DNA from: a virus | Lineage: Duplodnaviria > Caudoviricetes | Strand: one strand, 5' to 3' | IMG/VR virus record: IMGVR_UViG_3300036793_000047 | Location: 148-64,147 of that record | Length of the DNA stretch: 64,000 nt | Part shown: piece after piece, positions 35,387 through 43,699 of the stretch | How positions within the stretch are numbered: position 1 is the stretch's first letter | How the letters are laid out: each line of letters begins with the position of its first letter | The notes under the pieces: model-generated | Databases searched by the model: none | What the model was told of the DNA's origin: nothing | The model's input: only the letters and a program-made list of their open reading frames with translations | Position numbers and translations under genes: made by a program

Positions 35387-36541
35387 GCCTGTTTTCCTTC
35401 TCTCGGGGATCGTGCGCCCGTTCTTAGCGACTAGGCGCAGCTTCGGCTTTGGCGCTGGCGCGCCAGGTTTAGCCGGGGTCGTGCTCTTGTTCGGCTGCGC
35501 TGGCTGCGCAGGCTGTGCGGGCTTCGTCGCACTCGTCGCTGTCTTCGACGGGTGCAGCCGGCCGATCAGTCGTTTGCTGCCAGACGCGACGATCAGACGA
35601 CGAGCCGGACGCGTGCGCAGCAGCCGGGGCAACGGCTTCACAGCTGCAGCTGCTCGACGCATCCTGCGACGCTGACGCCACGACGGGCGCTTGCTCGTCG
35701 ACAATCCGGCTGCAGCTGCACCGGGCAGCGGGCGTCGACGCCGAGACGGCATCCATCGCGGTCGACGAGTCGACGCTGCTCTCGTCGAGCCGGGGCGCGT
35801 CCGGCTGCCCGGCCGGCTGCTCTTGCCCGTCGACGAGCCGGGACGCGACGACGAGCTGCCGCCGCGCGAGCGGAACGGCAGACCGAACCGGCGACCGCCC
35901 GAGCGACCCCCGCTGCGACCGCCGGGGCGCGACGAGCTACCCGGACGCGACGAGCCGGTGCGGCTGCGACCGCCGAACGGGCGCAGCAGCGACCGCCCGC
36001 CCGAGCGACTACCCGGACGCGACGACGAGCCAGCTGGACGCGACGACGAGCCAGCTGGACGCGACGAGCTACCGCCACGGCTGCGCCCACCCGGCCAAGA
36101 CATACGCCGCCCGCCGCTCGTCCCAGCTCGAGGTTTGCCCGCGGCAGCGGGCTGCGACTGTCGACCGCGCGCTGCGTGTGGCATGCGCGACGCGTGGAAT
36201 GGCAGCCGGTGTGACGAGCTGCGTCGAGCCGGTGCCGGACTGTACTGAGCTGCTGACTGCTCGCGGTTCGATCGACGTGCCCGGCGCGGCCCGTACCCCG
36301 GTGGGTAAGCGAAGTGCCGCCGCACATGCGGCAGCCGCCACAGCACGAACAGCAGCAGCACAGCGCCGGCTGCGATCGCGAGCACGACGAGCGCTGTCGA
36401 GCCGCCCAGGAAGTGCACGCCCGCGCCGGTCCCGGTCGCAGCTGTGCCGCCGAGCAGCGCCCAGCGACGTCCAGTCATGACTTTCGCCGTCGCAGCTACC
36501 GGCGTCGGCGTGTCTGTCGTCTCAGTCTCGTTAGCTGTCAC
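35099..36541 (-). CDS. Membrane-anchored transfer-accessory protein: TM hairpin, R/S/G low-complexity linker, helical C-terminal domain
   Basis: GTG 36541 with RBS; WALLGG...VLAIAAGAVLLLFVLW; GSSSRP repeats; C-terminal GFRP...LPDLF...P...VVEALHE domain. Confidence 0.55.
   Translation of the reverse strand: MTANETETTDTPTPVAATAKVMTGRRWALLGGTAATGTGAGVHFLGGSTALVVLAIAAGAVLLLFVLWRLPHVRRHFAYPPGYGPRRARRSNREQSAAQYSPAPARRSSSHRLPFHASRMPHAARGRQSQPAAAGKPRAGTSGGRRMSWPGGRSRGGSSSRPAGSSSRPAGSSSRPGSRSGGRSLLRPFGGRSRTGSSRPGSSSRPGGRSGGRSGGRRFGLPFRSRGGSSSSRPGSSTGKSSRPGSRTRPGSTRAASTRRPRWMPSRRRRPLPGAAAAGLSTSKRPSWRQRRRMRRAAAAVKPLPRLLRTRPARRLIVASGSKRLIGRLHPSKTATSATKPAQPAQPAQPNKSTTPAKPGAPAPKPKLRLVAKNGRTIPERRKTGMAAIDAVIEQVQQQLAGFRPQSRSEADAFFKALPDLFTELGSALHAAASGMEEDPIQAPVVEALHELASAAGGLHDPAETVAATHSKQHDMWLTD
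35831..36073. repeat. Coding tandem/dispersed repeats (21-bp GGACGCGACGACGAGCCAGCT x2 plus partials)
   Basis: 36015-36035, 36036-36056, partial 36057-36069; encode GSSSRP(A)G units. Confidence 0.6.
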
Positions 36542-36747
36542 TAGCCCGCTCCCGTCCCGTTGCGGTTGTCCGCAGTGTACGGGATACGCGCGCATTCCCG
36601 CTGTACGTGCGGAGACGCGTTTCGGCAGGTTGCACGCTCCCTGCGGTCACCCGTGAGCTGGGCTGGCGTTCAGGACTGCCCGAAGACGAGCACACGCGGC
36701 AGGCTGTCGATCTTGTTAGAAACGGCCTCAGAGCCGCGCGGGCATGC

Positions 36748-36779
36748 AAAAAACGGGGCCGCTCCGCAGAGCGACCCCG
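36748..36779 (-). terminator. Rho-independent terminator closing the late/lysis operon
   Basis: On minus: CGGGGTCGCTC-TGCG-GAGCGGCCCCG then TTTTTT. Confidence 0.75.
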
Positions 36780-36826
36780 GCTTACTTACATGTGCTCGAT
36801 CGAGCGCGCGCAGCTCGCGCGCTTAC

Positions 36827-37135
36827 TCACATATCGCGGCTGATCAGATGCTCAGCGCCAGCGTCGACAGCCGCCTGATAGCCGCGCGCAGCTAGCTGAA
36901 ACTGGTGCCGGTTCGGATGGATGACAGTGCAGCCGCCGTTAGCGAGCTGCCACATCAGCACGTGCACATTGTGGTGACAGCCGTCGCACAGCTGCACGAG
37001 ATTGCCCGGCTCAGTCAGCCCGCCCAGCGCCGCCGGGAAGACGTGATGCCAGACGAAGCGCAGCGGCACCGGCCGGTGATAACCGGTGATCTCGCAGCGC
37101 ACAGCCTGCCCTAGCCCCGGCACAGTCTCAGTCAT
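36827..37135 (-). CDS. HNH endonuclease-like protein
   Basis: WHHVFP...GG....NLVQLCDGCHHNVH. Confidence 0.75.
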   Translation of the reverse strand: MTETVPGLGQAVRCEITGYHRPVPLRFVWHHVFPAALGGLTEPGNLVQLCDGCHHNVHVLMWQLANGGCTVIHPNRHQFQLAARGYQAAVDAGAEHLISRDM

Positions 37136-37146
37136 CGGCGTCTCTT

Positions 37147-37728
37147 TCAGGCAGCGCGCGCGACGTCGAGCGGAGCTGGAGCGTCGAGCAGCATAGACAA
37201 GTCGATGGGACGGTCATACCCAGTCCACCGGCCCGGCCACAGCGCAGTGCCGCCCTTCCACTCCCACCACGCGACAGCCTGGCTGCAGATCATGTGCCGA
37301 GTCGACTCGACAAACTGCTGCAGCCCCGGCGCTGGGATATGCCAGGCGCGCGCTGCCAGCGCCGCATAGTCAGCGAACGAATAATCGACCTCATCGTCGC
37401 CGCTGCGATGAGCGGCCGCGCACGACAGCTCGCGCGCTCGATCACTCTTGACGATCACGCCGGACGACCAGGCCATCGACCCGGCCGGGTAGTGCAGCGG
37501 CACGTGCTGACAGCCGCCCGGCATCATCTCGCTGATCATCTTGACGCCGTTGAGCACGCAGCAGTGATACGCCGCGTGCTCGTAATCGCCGTGCCCGCCC
37601 GACGCCTTCTCCAGCTCGTATATGAGCCGGCCGACCGCTGACGTCGAGTGCACGACCGTCCAGTCTCCCGGCCGGACCTCTGCGCCAGCAGCGACCCAGC
37701 CGAGAGACGTCGCGACGTACTTCGTCAC
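37147..37728 (-). CDS. Permuted papain-like NlpC/P60 amidase (YiiX/YaeF-like)
   Basis: RPGDW...YEHAAY (His first)...YSF..Y...MICSQAV (Cys last). Confidence 0.65.
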   Translation of the reverse strand: MTKYVATSLGWVAAGAEVRPGDWTVVHSTSAVGRLIYELEKASGGHGDYEHAAYHCCVLNGVKMISEMMPGGCQHVPLHYPAGSMAWSSGVIVKSDRARELSCAAAHRSGDDEVDYSFADYAALAARAWHIPAPGLQQFVESTRHMICSQAVAWWEWKGGTALWPGRWTGYDRPIDLSMLLDAPAPLDVARAA

Positions 37729-38267
37729 GCTGCAGCACCGCCAGCCTGCTGCAGCATGTTCAGGTGAATCGCGAGCAGACGAGCAGTGACCTTCGCCGCG
37801 TAGATAGGCGAGTACCGGACAGTCAGCTGATTGTCTTGCTTCGACTCGCCGCCGCCACTCCAGTTCGTTGACCCGTCGAACACGATCGCGCCGTCGATCA
37901 CGCCCATCTTCAGATGCATGATCGCGCCGCGCTCGCTGCGCCCGATCGCGACAGACGACGCCGGATACGCCTGCTGAGCTAGCAGCGCTTTCTCGTGCAC
38001 GCCGGCTGCCTGCGAGCTGTCGAGCGTCAGCATCACAGCGACGTGCTCAGCTGACAGCTTCGTCGAGATCGTCTCAGCGAGCGAGTCATCGTCGAACCCG
38101 TACATTGCGACGACGAGCGACAGCCGAGCCCACGACAGCACCATCGCGAGCGCGCCGTGCACGTCGTCGACCGGCGAGAAAAACGTCCGCTCATCAGCCG
38201 GGTAGCCCGCGGGGAATCCGGACGTCGAGAACTGGTCGAGGTCGGACAGATCTGCTGCGCTGATCAT
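37725..38267 (-). CDS. Single-HKD phospholipase D superfamily protein (Nuc/PLDc_2-like)
   Basis: HLKMGVID (HxKxxxxD) plus GSTNWS...QDNQL; FFSP; AMYGF; ATG 38267 overlaps the upstream stop. Confidence 0.8.
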   Translation of the reverse strand: MISAADLSDLDQFSTSGFPAGYPADERTFFSPVDDVHGALAMVLSWARLSLVVAMYGFDDDSLAETISTKLSAEHVAVMLTLDSSQAAGVHEKALLAQQAYPASSVAIGRSERGAIMHLKMGVIDGAIVFDGSTNWSGGGESKQDNQLTVRYSPIYAAKVTARLLAIHLNMLQQAGGAAA

Positions 38268-39172
38268 GCGAACCCCTTGTCTGCTGCCCACGTTTCGAGC
38301 GCGTCCTTGAGGCGCACGAGATCGGGGCGCTCGCGACGCTGAGCTGCCCACGGCCCGGCGACTTGCCACAGCGCATGATCAGCGTCCGGCGGCGGTGTCG
38401 GCCCAGGGGTCGGCGGCACCGGTGTGGGTGTCGGCACTGGCGCTGGAGCTGACAGCGGCACCGGGTACACGCAGTCGCCGCCCGCGCTGAGCAGCTGCTG
38501 CATGAGCGCGCGCTTGATACGGAACGAGCCGCCCGCACCCCAGCCCGTGCCCCACGAGTTGTCGCCTAGGTACTCGTCAGCTGCGACGTCGAGGCCGCGC
38601 AGCTCCAGCTCGTGACCGCCGCGCACGTAGTCGCCGGCACGGCGCGCGATCAGCCCGCTCGCGCCCGGCGCGTCGAAGCTGGAGTACCAGTCGATGCCGA
38701 TGAGCACCGGCCCGGACTGCAGCGCAGCGTCGATGTCAGCAGTCGTCATGCACCACTGATAACCGGAGATCAGCCCGGCGTTCTTAGCTGCCTTGCAGAC
38801 CGACAGCCCCGATGAGCCGTTGTCGTTCGGCGGGTACGGTCCGTCGCCGTCGATGACTTCCGCAGCTGAGTAGATCCGCAGCGCTTCAGCTTCGTCGAGC
38901 GCCGGATGCGCCGCGGGCAGATCGAGAAAGTCCGGCAGCGTGCCGAGCGCGCCTGTCATCGCGTTGCCGGTACAGCTGCCGACGTCGCCCTGATCGAGTA
39001 TCGGTATCTGCCGGGCATGCGTGACGCTCGCGACCTGCACGCCGGCAGACGGGAACGCGAACGACAGCGAGCGCGAGTCGAAGCGCCGATGCCGCCCCAG
39101 TCGGCGCAGCCGCCCGTCTTCAGACGGGTGCTCGACGTCGTAACGCTCGACAGCCGTGTACCAGCCCGTCAT
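38264..39172 (-). CDS. Papain-like (C1A) cysteine peptidase, possible second endolysin
   Basis: DQGDVGSCTG, GGHEL, DNSWGTGWG; Pro/Thr linker and helical C-terminal domain. Confidence 0.8.
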   Translation of the reverse strand: MTGWYTAVERYDVEHPSEDGRLRRLGRHRRFDSRSLSFAFPSAGVQVASVTHARQIPILDQGDVGSCTGNAMTGALGTLPDFLDLPAAHPALDEAEALRIYSAAEVIDGDGPYPPNDNGSSGLSVCKAAKNAGLISGYQWCMTTADIDAALQSGPVLIGIDWYSSFDAPGASGLIARRAGDYVRGGHELELRGLDVAADEYLGDNSWGTGWGAGGSFRIKRALMQQLLSAGGDCVYPVPLSAPAPVPTPTPVPPTPGPTPPPDADHALWQVAGPWAAQRRERPDLVRLKDALETWAADKGFA

Positions 39173-39543
39173 GCAGTGAGCCCGTACTCGCGCGCTGCCG
39201 TCGAGCCCTTGACCGCAGCCGAGGCGGGCGTAACGCTCTGACGCAGCAGGAACCCGACGATGATCGACAGCGCTGCTGTCGAGTAGCCGATCTGGTTGAC
39301 CGTCAGGTGCAGGCCGAACGCGCTGAACGCGACGAGCACAGTCGCAGCAGCGCCCTTGACCACCGTCAGCGGCACCGGGCGGACCGAGAACGCTGTTACG
39401 AGCGTGACGACCGCAGTGGCGATCGTCGTGATAGCGCCGACCTGATCAGCAGTCAGCTTCAGCCCCCACGACACGAGCAGGCTAACAGCGACGTTGAGTA
39501 CGTACATGATCGCGACGGGTTCTAGTTTCAGGAACCTGACCAT
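39169..39543 (-). CDS. Holin-like membrane protein
   Basis: Four short TM segments, EPV start motif, ends QSVTP; inside the lysis cassette. Confidence 0.65.
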   Translation of the reverse strand: MVRFLKLEPVAIMYVLNVAVSLLVSWGLKLTADQVGAITTIATAVVTLVTAFSVRPVPLTVVKGAAATVLVAFSAFGLHLTVNQIGYSTAALSIIVGFLLRQSVTPASAAVKGSTAAREYGLTA

Positions 39544-39656
39544 TGCAGTCGCCCTTTCTCGGGGCTAGACGAGCCGGATAGCCCGGCCATTCACGCGCTC
39601 ATCTTGGCAGATGCGCGCGCGTGATTCACGCAGCGCTGACCTGTTTGGCGCAACTA

Positions 39657-40424
39657 TCAGCCGCGCCGCCAGGCGCGGAACCACGCCACGCGCAGCGTCG
39701 CGGCTTGCTGGTAGCTCGACGCAGCAACCATGTGATCGAACAGCGCGATCATCGGCACGCGCGTCGTCGAGCGTCTGACCCGGCCGACTAGCCGGCCGTC
39801 TTGCCACACATTCCAGCCGCGAGCCCACCACGTAGCTGTGAAGACATGCCAGCCCGGCGGCGTCCGGTAACAGCCGTGCACGATCGCGCGCGGATGCCCC
39901 GGCCGGCTGTAGTGATACGTCCAGCAGTCGTGCCCGGCGAGCACTTCCATTACGTCCATTTCCCCGTTCGCCGGCCAGGTGCCCGACGCACCGACCATCC
40001 AGAATGACGGCCAGTTCAGCAGCCGCGCAGCGCTGACGCCCGGCACGTACACCCGCGCTGAGAAGCCGCCGAATCGCTGCGTGAACACGCCCGACGACTG
40101 CACTGCGCCGGATCGCCACGGCTCGCCAGCGCCGGTCCACGGGTTAATGCAGTTGCTCGTCGCAGCGCGCACTTCGATGCGCAGCGCACGATGCGGCAGC
40201 GGCGGCCGGACCATCGACGACGTCGGGCACGTGATTCCCGGCCCGCCCGGCGAGCCCGGCGGATTGCCGCCGAACGCGTGCGACCAGCGGTACAGCTGCC
40301 GCGCGTCTGCCTGATAGGTAAGTGTCCAGTGATGCGCCGCCGGCCCGAGGGGCTGCGGAGCTGCATGAGCTGGCGCGAGCGCGGCTAACGAAGCGGCTGC
40401 TACCGCAGCGAAACCGAGCATCAC
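39657..40424 (-). CDS. Secreted GH16 glycoside hydrolase
   Basis: Signal peptide (MLGFAAVAAASLAALAPAHA); WPSFWM...WPANGEMDVME (ExDxxE); WHVF; GTGA coupling to the endolysin. Confidence 0.8.
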   Translation of the reverse strand: MMLGFAAVAAASLAALAPAHAAPQPLGPAAHHWTLTYQADARQLYRWSHAFGGNPPGSPGGPGITCPTSSMVRPPLPHRALRIEVRAATSNCINPWTGAGEPWRSGAVQSSGVFTQRFGGFSARVYVPGVSAARLLNWPSFWMVGASGTWPANGEMDVMEVLAGHDCWTYHYSRPGHPRAIVHGCYRTPPGWHVFTATWWARGWNVWQDGRLVGRVRRSTTRVPMIALFDHMVAASSYQQAATLRVAWFRAWRRG

Positions 40425-41305
40425 GGGCTGCCGGTGACGAGCGCTTCCCACGTGCGCGGCCCGACGATGCCGTCGACGCGCAGACCGTGCCGGCGCTGCA
40501 GCCCGCGCACTGCTTCGTCCGTGCGCTTGTCGAAGTGCCCGGACGGCTTCAGCAGCTCCTTCTCAGTGCGCGCGTTGATCAGGTGCTGCACAGTCCATAC
40601 GTTCGGGCCGGCCGCGCCCTCGCGGATCGTAGGCAGCTTCTGCATCATGGCCTCCTGCCAGTCGGGATGCTGCTTGACGCCGGTCACTAGCTCGCGCAGC
40701 GCTGCTTGCGTGCCCCGCCACGCTGACACGTCGACGAGCCCGCTGAACCCGGCCACGACTGCGCGCGAGCTGAACTGCAGCAGCGCTGGCCCGCGGCCGC
40801 CGTACGGGTCCCACCACGAGACGGGAACGTGCGGGTACAGCTGCTCAGGCGTGCCGACGCCGGACACGTACTCTGACGCCCACAAGTAGTCGACGAACGT
40901 CGTGTCTTGGCTGCCCCAGTACCAGTGTGGGATGTACCCGCCGACCGGGTGCTGCGGGTAGTGCTTGCGCAGCTGCTCGACAGCAGTCGCTGCGTCGAGC
41001 GGCGTCGGGCGGCTCGTCCCGGTCGGCTCGACGTCGACAGCGATCGCGAACCCCGTCAGATCACCGGCTGTCGCAGCGAAGTGATCAGCCTGCGCAGCTG
41101 CGTTGCTCTCGTGCAGGAACAGGTACGCGCCGGGCACGAACCCGTCAGCCTGAGCTCTGGCCTGCAGCGCGATCTTCGCAGCCGGCCAGTACGGATTGAC
41201 GTAGCCGATGCCCTCAGTGGCCTTCTCCCAGCCGAAATGCCCGCCAGCGTGCGCCCAGTCTGCTGCGCCCTGCGCACTCGACGCGTCTGCTCCGAATATC
41301 GTCAC
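40421..41305 (-). CDS. Endolysin: GH25 muramidase plus PG_binding_1 domain
   Basis: IFGADAS...KATEG..YVNP...GAY.F...AVDVE...LQFSS...VDVS; C-terminal VRGLQRRHGLRVDGIVGPRTW. Confidence 0.85.
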   Translation of the reverse strand: MTIFGADASSAQGAADWAHAGGHFGWEKATEGIGYVNPYWPAAKIALQARAQADGFVPGAYLFLHESNAAAQADHFAATAGDLTGFAIAVDVEPTGTSRPTPLDAATAVEQLRKHYPQHPVGGYIPHWYWGSQDTTFVDYLWASEYVSGVGTPEQLYPHVPVSWWDPYGGRGPALLQFSSRAVVAGFSGLVDVSAWRGTQAALRELVTGVKQHPDWQEAMMQKLPTIREGAAGPNVWTVQHLINARTEKELLKPSGHFDKRTDEAVRGLQRRHGLRVDGIVGPRTWEALVTGSP

Positions 41306-41332
41306 TGCGCTGCCCTCCTGACGCTGCGCATC

Positions 41333-41689
41333 TTAGCGGGACGAGCGCAGCGGGATGCTGTAACGCGCCGCCCAGTGCAGCAGCGTCGGGTCTGGGTGGA
41401 TCGCCGGCGTACAGCCTTCACCGATGTACGCGTCATACGAGTCAGCGACGATCGTCACGCCCAGCCGGGTCGGCGGATGCCCCGACGCTGTCGGCATCAG
41501 CGGCGCCTGGCCGATGTCCCGCATGAACGCGCAGTTAGCGTCGATGCGGCCGTTCGCGTCGACGAGCATCACGACGATCGTCGCCACGCCGCCGATGAGC
41601 AGCACAGCTGCCGTCGCCAGAATCGCGTACACAGTGCGCTGAGACATCCGCACGACTCGCTGCAGCTGCTCGTCCAAGTTGCCACTCAT
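41333..41689 (-). CDS. Single-TM lysis-cassette membrane protein
   Basis: TM segment then periplasm-like domain with two Cys. Confidence 0.55.
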   Translation of the reverse strand: MSGNLDEQLQRVVRMSQRTVYAILATAAVLLIGGVATIVVMLVDANGRIDANCAFMRDIGQAPLMPTASGHPPTRLGVTIVADSYDAYIGEGCTPAIHPDPTLLHWAARYSIPLRSSR

Positions 41690-42099
41690 GACGGTCCTCC
41701 CGCGCCTGTGATCAGCTGCCGCGTCAGCTTGAATTCGCTGAGCACTTCAGCTCGCAGCGCTGTCTGCTGCTCCAGCAATCTATCGAGCGCAGCTGCGCCC
41801 GTGATCAACTGCCGCAGCTCAGCGATGACGAGATCTTGCCCGTGCATGCGCTCGTCGTTCGCAGCGAGCTGCTGTCTCAGCACGTTGACTTCCCGGTCGT
41901 GCTGCTGGCGCATGTCGTCGAGCTGACCTCTCAGCGACTCGGCCAGCGACTGCGCTGACTCTGCTGACTCGCGCCAATCCTTGATCGTCTGCGCTGTCTT
42001 GCCGGTACGTAGCGCAGCCCAGCTGCCGACTGTCACTGCTGCGACGAGCAGCACAGACAGCAAGCCGCCGCCGAGCCACTGCAGCAACGACGTGCTCAC
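41686..42099 (-). CDS. TM plus coiled-coil lysis-cassette protein
   Basis: N-terminal TM, long coiled coil. Confidence 0.55.
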   Translation of the reverse strand: MSTSLLQWLGGGLLSVLLVAAVTVGSWAALRTGKTAQTIKDWRESAESAQSLAESLRGQLDDMRQQHDREVNVLRQQLAANDERMHGQDLVIAELRQLITGAAALDRLLEQQTALRAEVLSEFKLTRQLITGAGGPS

Positions 42100-42158
42100 G
42101 GCGCAGCTCCTTCAGTTGTGTAGTAGGGGCCGGCGCGAGCTGATCGCCGGCGTTGAGA

Positions 42159-43376
42159 TCACGCCCAATGCCACGTTGTGTGCCAGTGCTTGTGCTTCCG
42201 GCGCCGGCCGTGCCCGCCTTTACCGCCGACGTACGTGTACGTATACGTCGCGTAACCATGCGGGTTGATCACGTACTTTCGGCCCTTCGCCTGGCTCGCG
42301 CGCTGCGACAGGAACGCAGCGAAGTCTGACCGTGCTGACAGGAACGGCGTCACTGTCGCTTGCTGGGCGTCTTCGTCCCACTCGTAACCGCCGACGATGA
42401 ACTGCACCGGGCCGGCTGTCAGCTCGCCGCCCCAACCCTCGTCGAGCAGGATCAGCCGGCAGACCATCGGGGCTGCGCCGAAGAAGACGCCGAGATCGAC
42501 CGGCTGCCCGCCAAGCGTCAGCAACTGCCCCGGGTAGACAGTGAACGGCCCGGCGAAATTAGCGCGCGTATACCGCTGCAGCACGTAATTACCGACTGCC
42601 TGCGCATCAGTCGCGAGCATCGGCCCGGCGCTCGACAAGTCAGTGAACGCTTCCATCTCGCCGTGCTGATTGATCGACTGCTGATTGACGACCTTCGTCG
42701 TCGCGTACGCAGCCGGCGTGCTCCCGAAGTCCGGCGCTGAGCAGTAGCGCAGAAAGATCGTGTTGACGTCGCCGCCGAGCGTGCGCGGCGCCGGGTCGGT
42801 GCAGATGAGCAGATGCGTCGTCGTCGACGGCAGCGGAAAGACTTGCAGCACGTTGCCGGACGCGTCTCTGCGTACCTGCCATGTCAGCCCGCCGTTCGTG
42901 CACGCCAGGTTAAGCAGCTCGTCGATCTGCAGCGACGCTGAGTCTTGCGCCTGGCCGAGCCACAGCCCGGTAGGCGAGCCGACGCCGGGGTTCGACCAGC
43001 CGAGCCCGCGACTGATCGCGTCATTGACTGCCCGGTCGATCACGCCGGATCCCCACGAGCCGGTGTACTCCGCGACGTGATCAGCGCCCCACGTGCCCGA
43101 ACCGTGCGACGTGATCTGCCAGCCGCCGGCGCTCGGTGTCGGCTCGTCTAGCTTGCCCTCCCACACGACGCCCGCGCCGCGGATGACGCGCACGATCCGG
43201 CCGGGGTTGAGCGCTTCAGTCCGATAGTCGGGGCGGCGCTGCAGCAGACACGACAGCTGATCGCAGCCGCCCGGCAAGCTGTAGCTGTATTTCAGCCCGG
43301 ACACCGGGCCGAGCGCGCCCAGGTAGCGCGCTTTCGTGCCGTCCGGCGCGAACGTGACGACTTGACTGCGAGCCAT
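42159..43376 (-). CDS. Minor tail (baseplate hub-like) protein
   Basis: 405 aa beta-rich; LKYSYSLPGGC...VWEGKLDEP; tail module position. Confidence 0.65.
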   Translation of the reverse strand: MARSQVVTFAPDGTKARYLGALGPVSGLKYSYSLPGGCDQLSCLLQRRPDYRTEALNPGRIVRVIRGAGVVWEGKLDEPTPSAGGWQITSHGSGTWGADHVAEYTGSWGSGVIDRAVNDAISRGLGWSNPGVGSPTGLWLGQAQDSASLQIDELLNLACTNGGLTWQVRRDASGNVLQVFPLPSTTTHLLICTDPAPRTLGGDVNTIFLRYCSAPDFGSTPAAYATTKVVNQQSINQHGEMEAFTDLSSAGPMLATDAQAVGNYVLQRYTRANFAGPFTVYPGQLLTLGGQPVDLGVFFGAAPMVCRLILLDEGWGGELTAGPVQFIVGGYEWDEDAQQATVTPFLSARSDFAAFLSQRASQAKGRKYVINPHGYATYTYTYVGGKGGHGRRRKHKHWHTTWHWA

Positions 43377-43379
43377 CAG

Positions 43380-43688
43380 CTACTGGCTGTTGCCGTTAGA
43401 CAGAGGCGGTCCGGCGAGCACTGCGAGCGCGTTCGCGAAGTTGAACGCTGCTGGCAGATCCTGCAGCCCCTCGGCAATCGCAGCGAGCTGCGCCATGTAG
43501 CCGACGAGCGTCACGTACTCTGCTGCGTCGTCAGTAGCGAAACCGGCCGAGTTGAGCCCGTCCGGGCCGATACCGGCGACGTAGCGCTGCAGTGCTGCTG
43601 CGCGGTCGAGCCAGGACGCGCCGTCTGCGGCGATCTGCCGGGCGTCAGCTAGCAGCTCGTCGCTTGTCCGGTTCGGTGCGATAGCCAT
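43380..43688 (-). CDS. Hypothetical tail-associated protein
   Basis: 102 aa, helical. Confidence 0.5.
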   Translation of the reverse strand: MAIAPNRTSDELLADARQIAADGASWLDRAAALQRYVAGIGPDGLNSAGFATDDAAEYVTLVGYMAQLAAIAEGLQDLPAAFNFANALAVLAGPPLSNGNSQ

Positions 43689-43699
43689 GTGCTCTCCGT

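Noticed and set aside
35580-36230. CGACGAGC repeats as an alternative clt
   Set aside because: This 8-mer is common genome-wide and is explained here by GSSSRP protein repeats.
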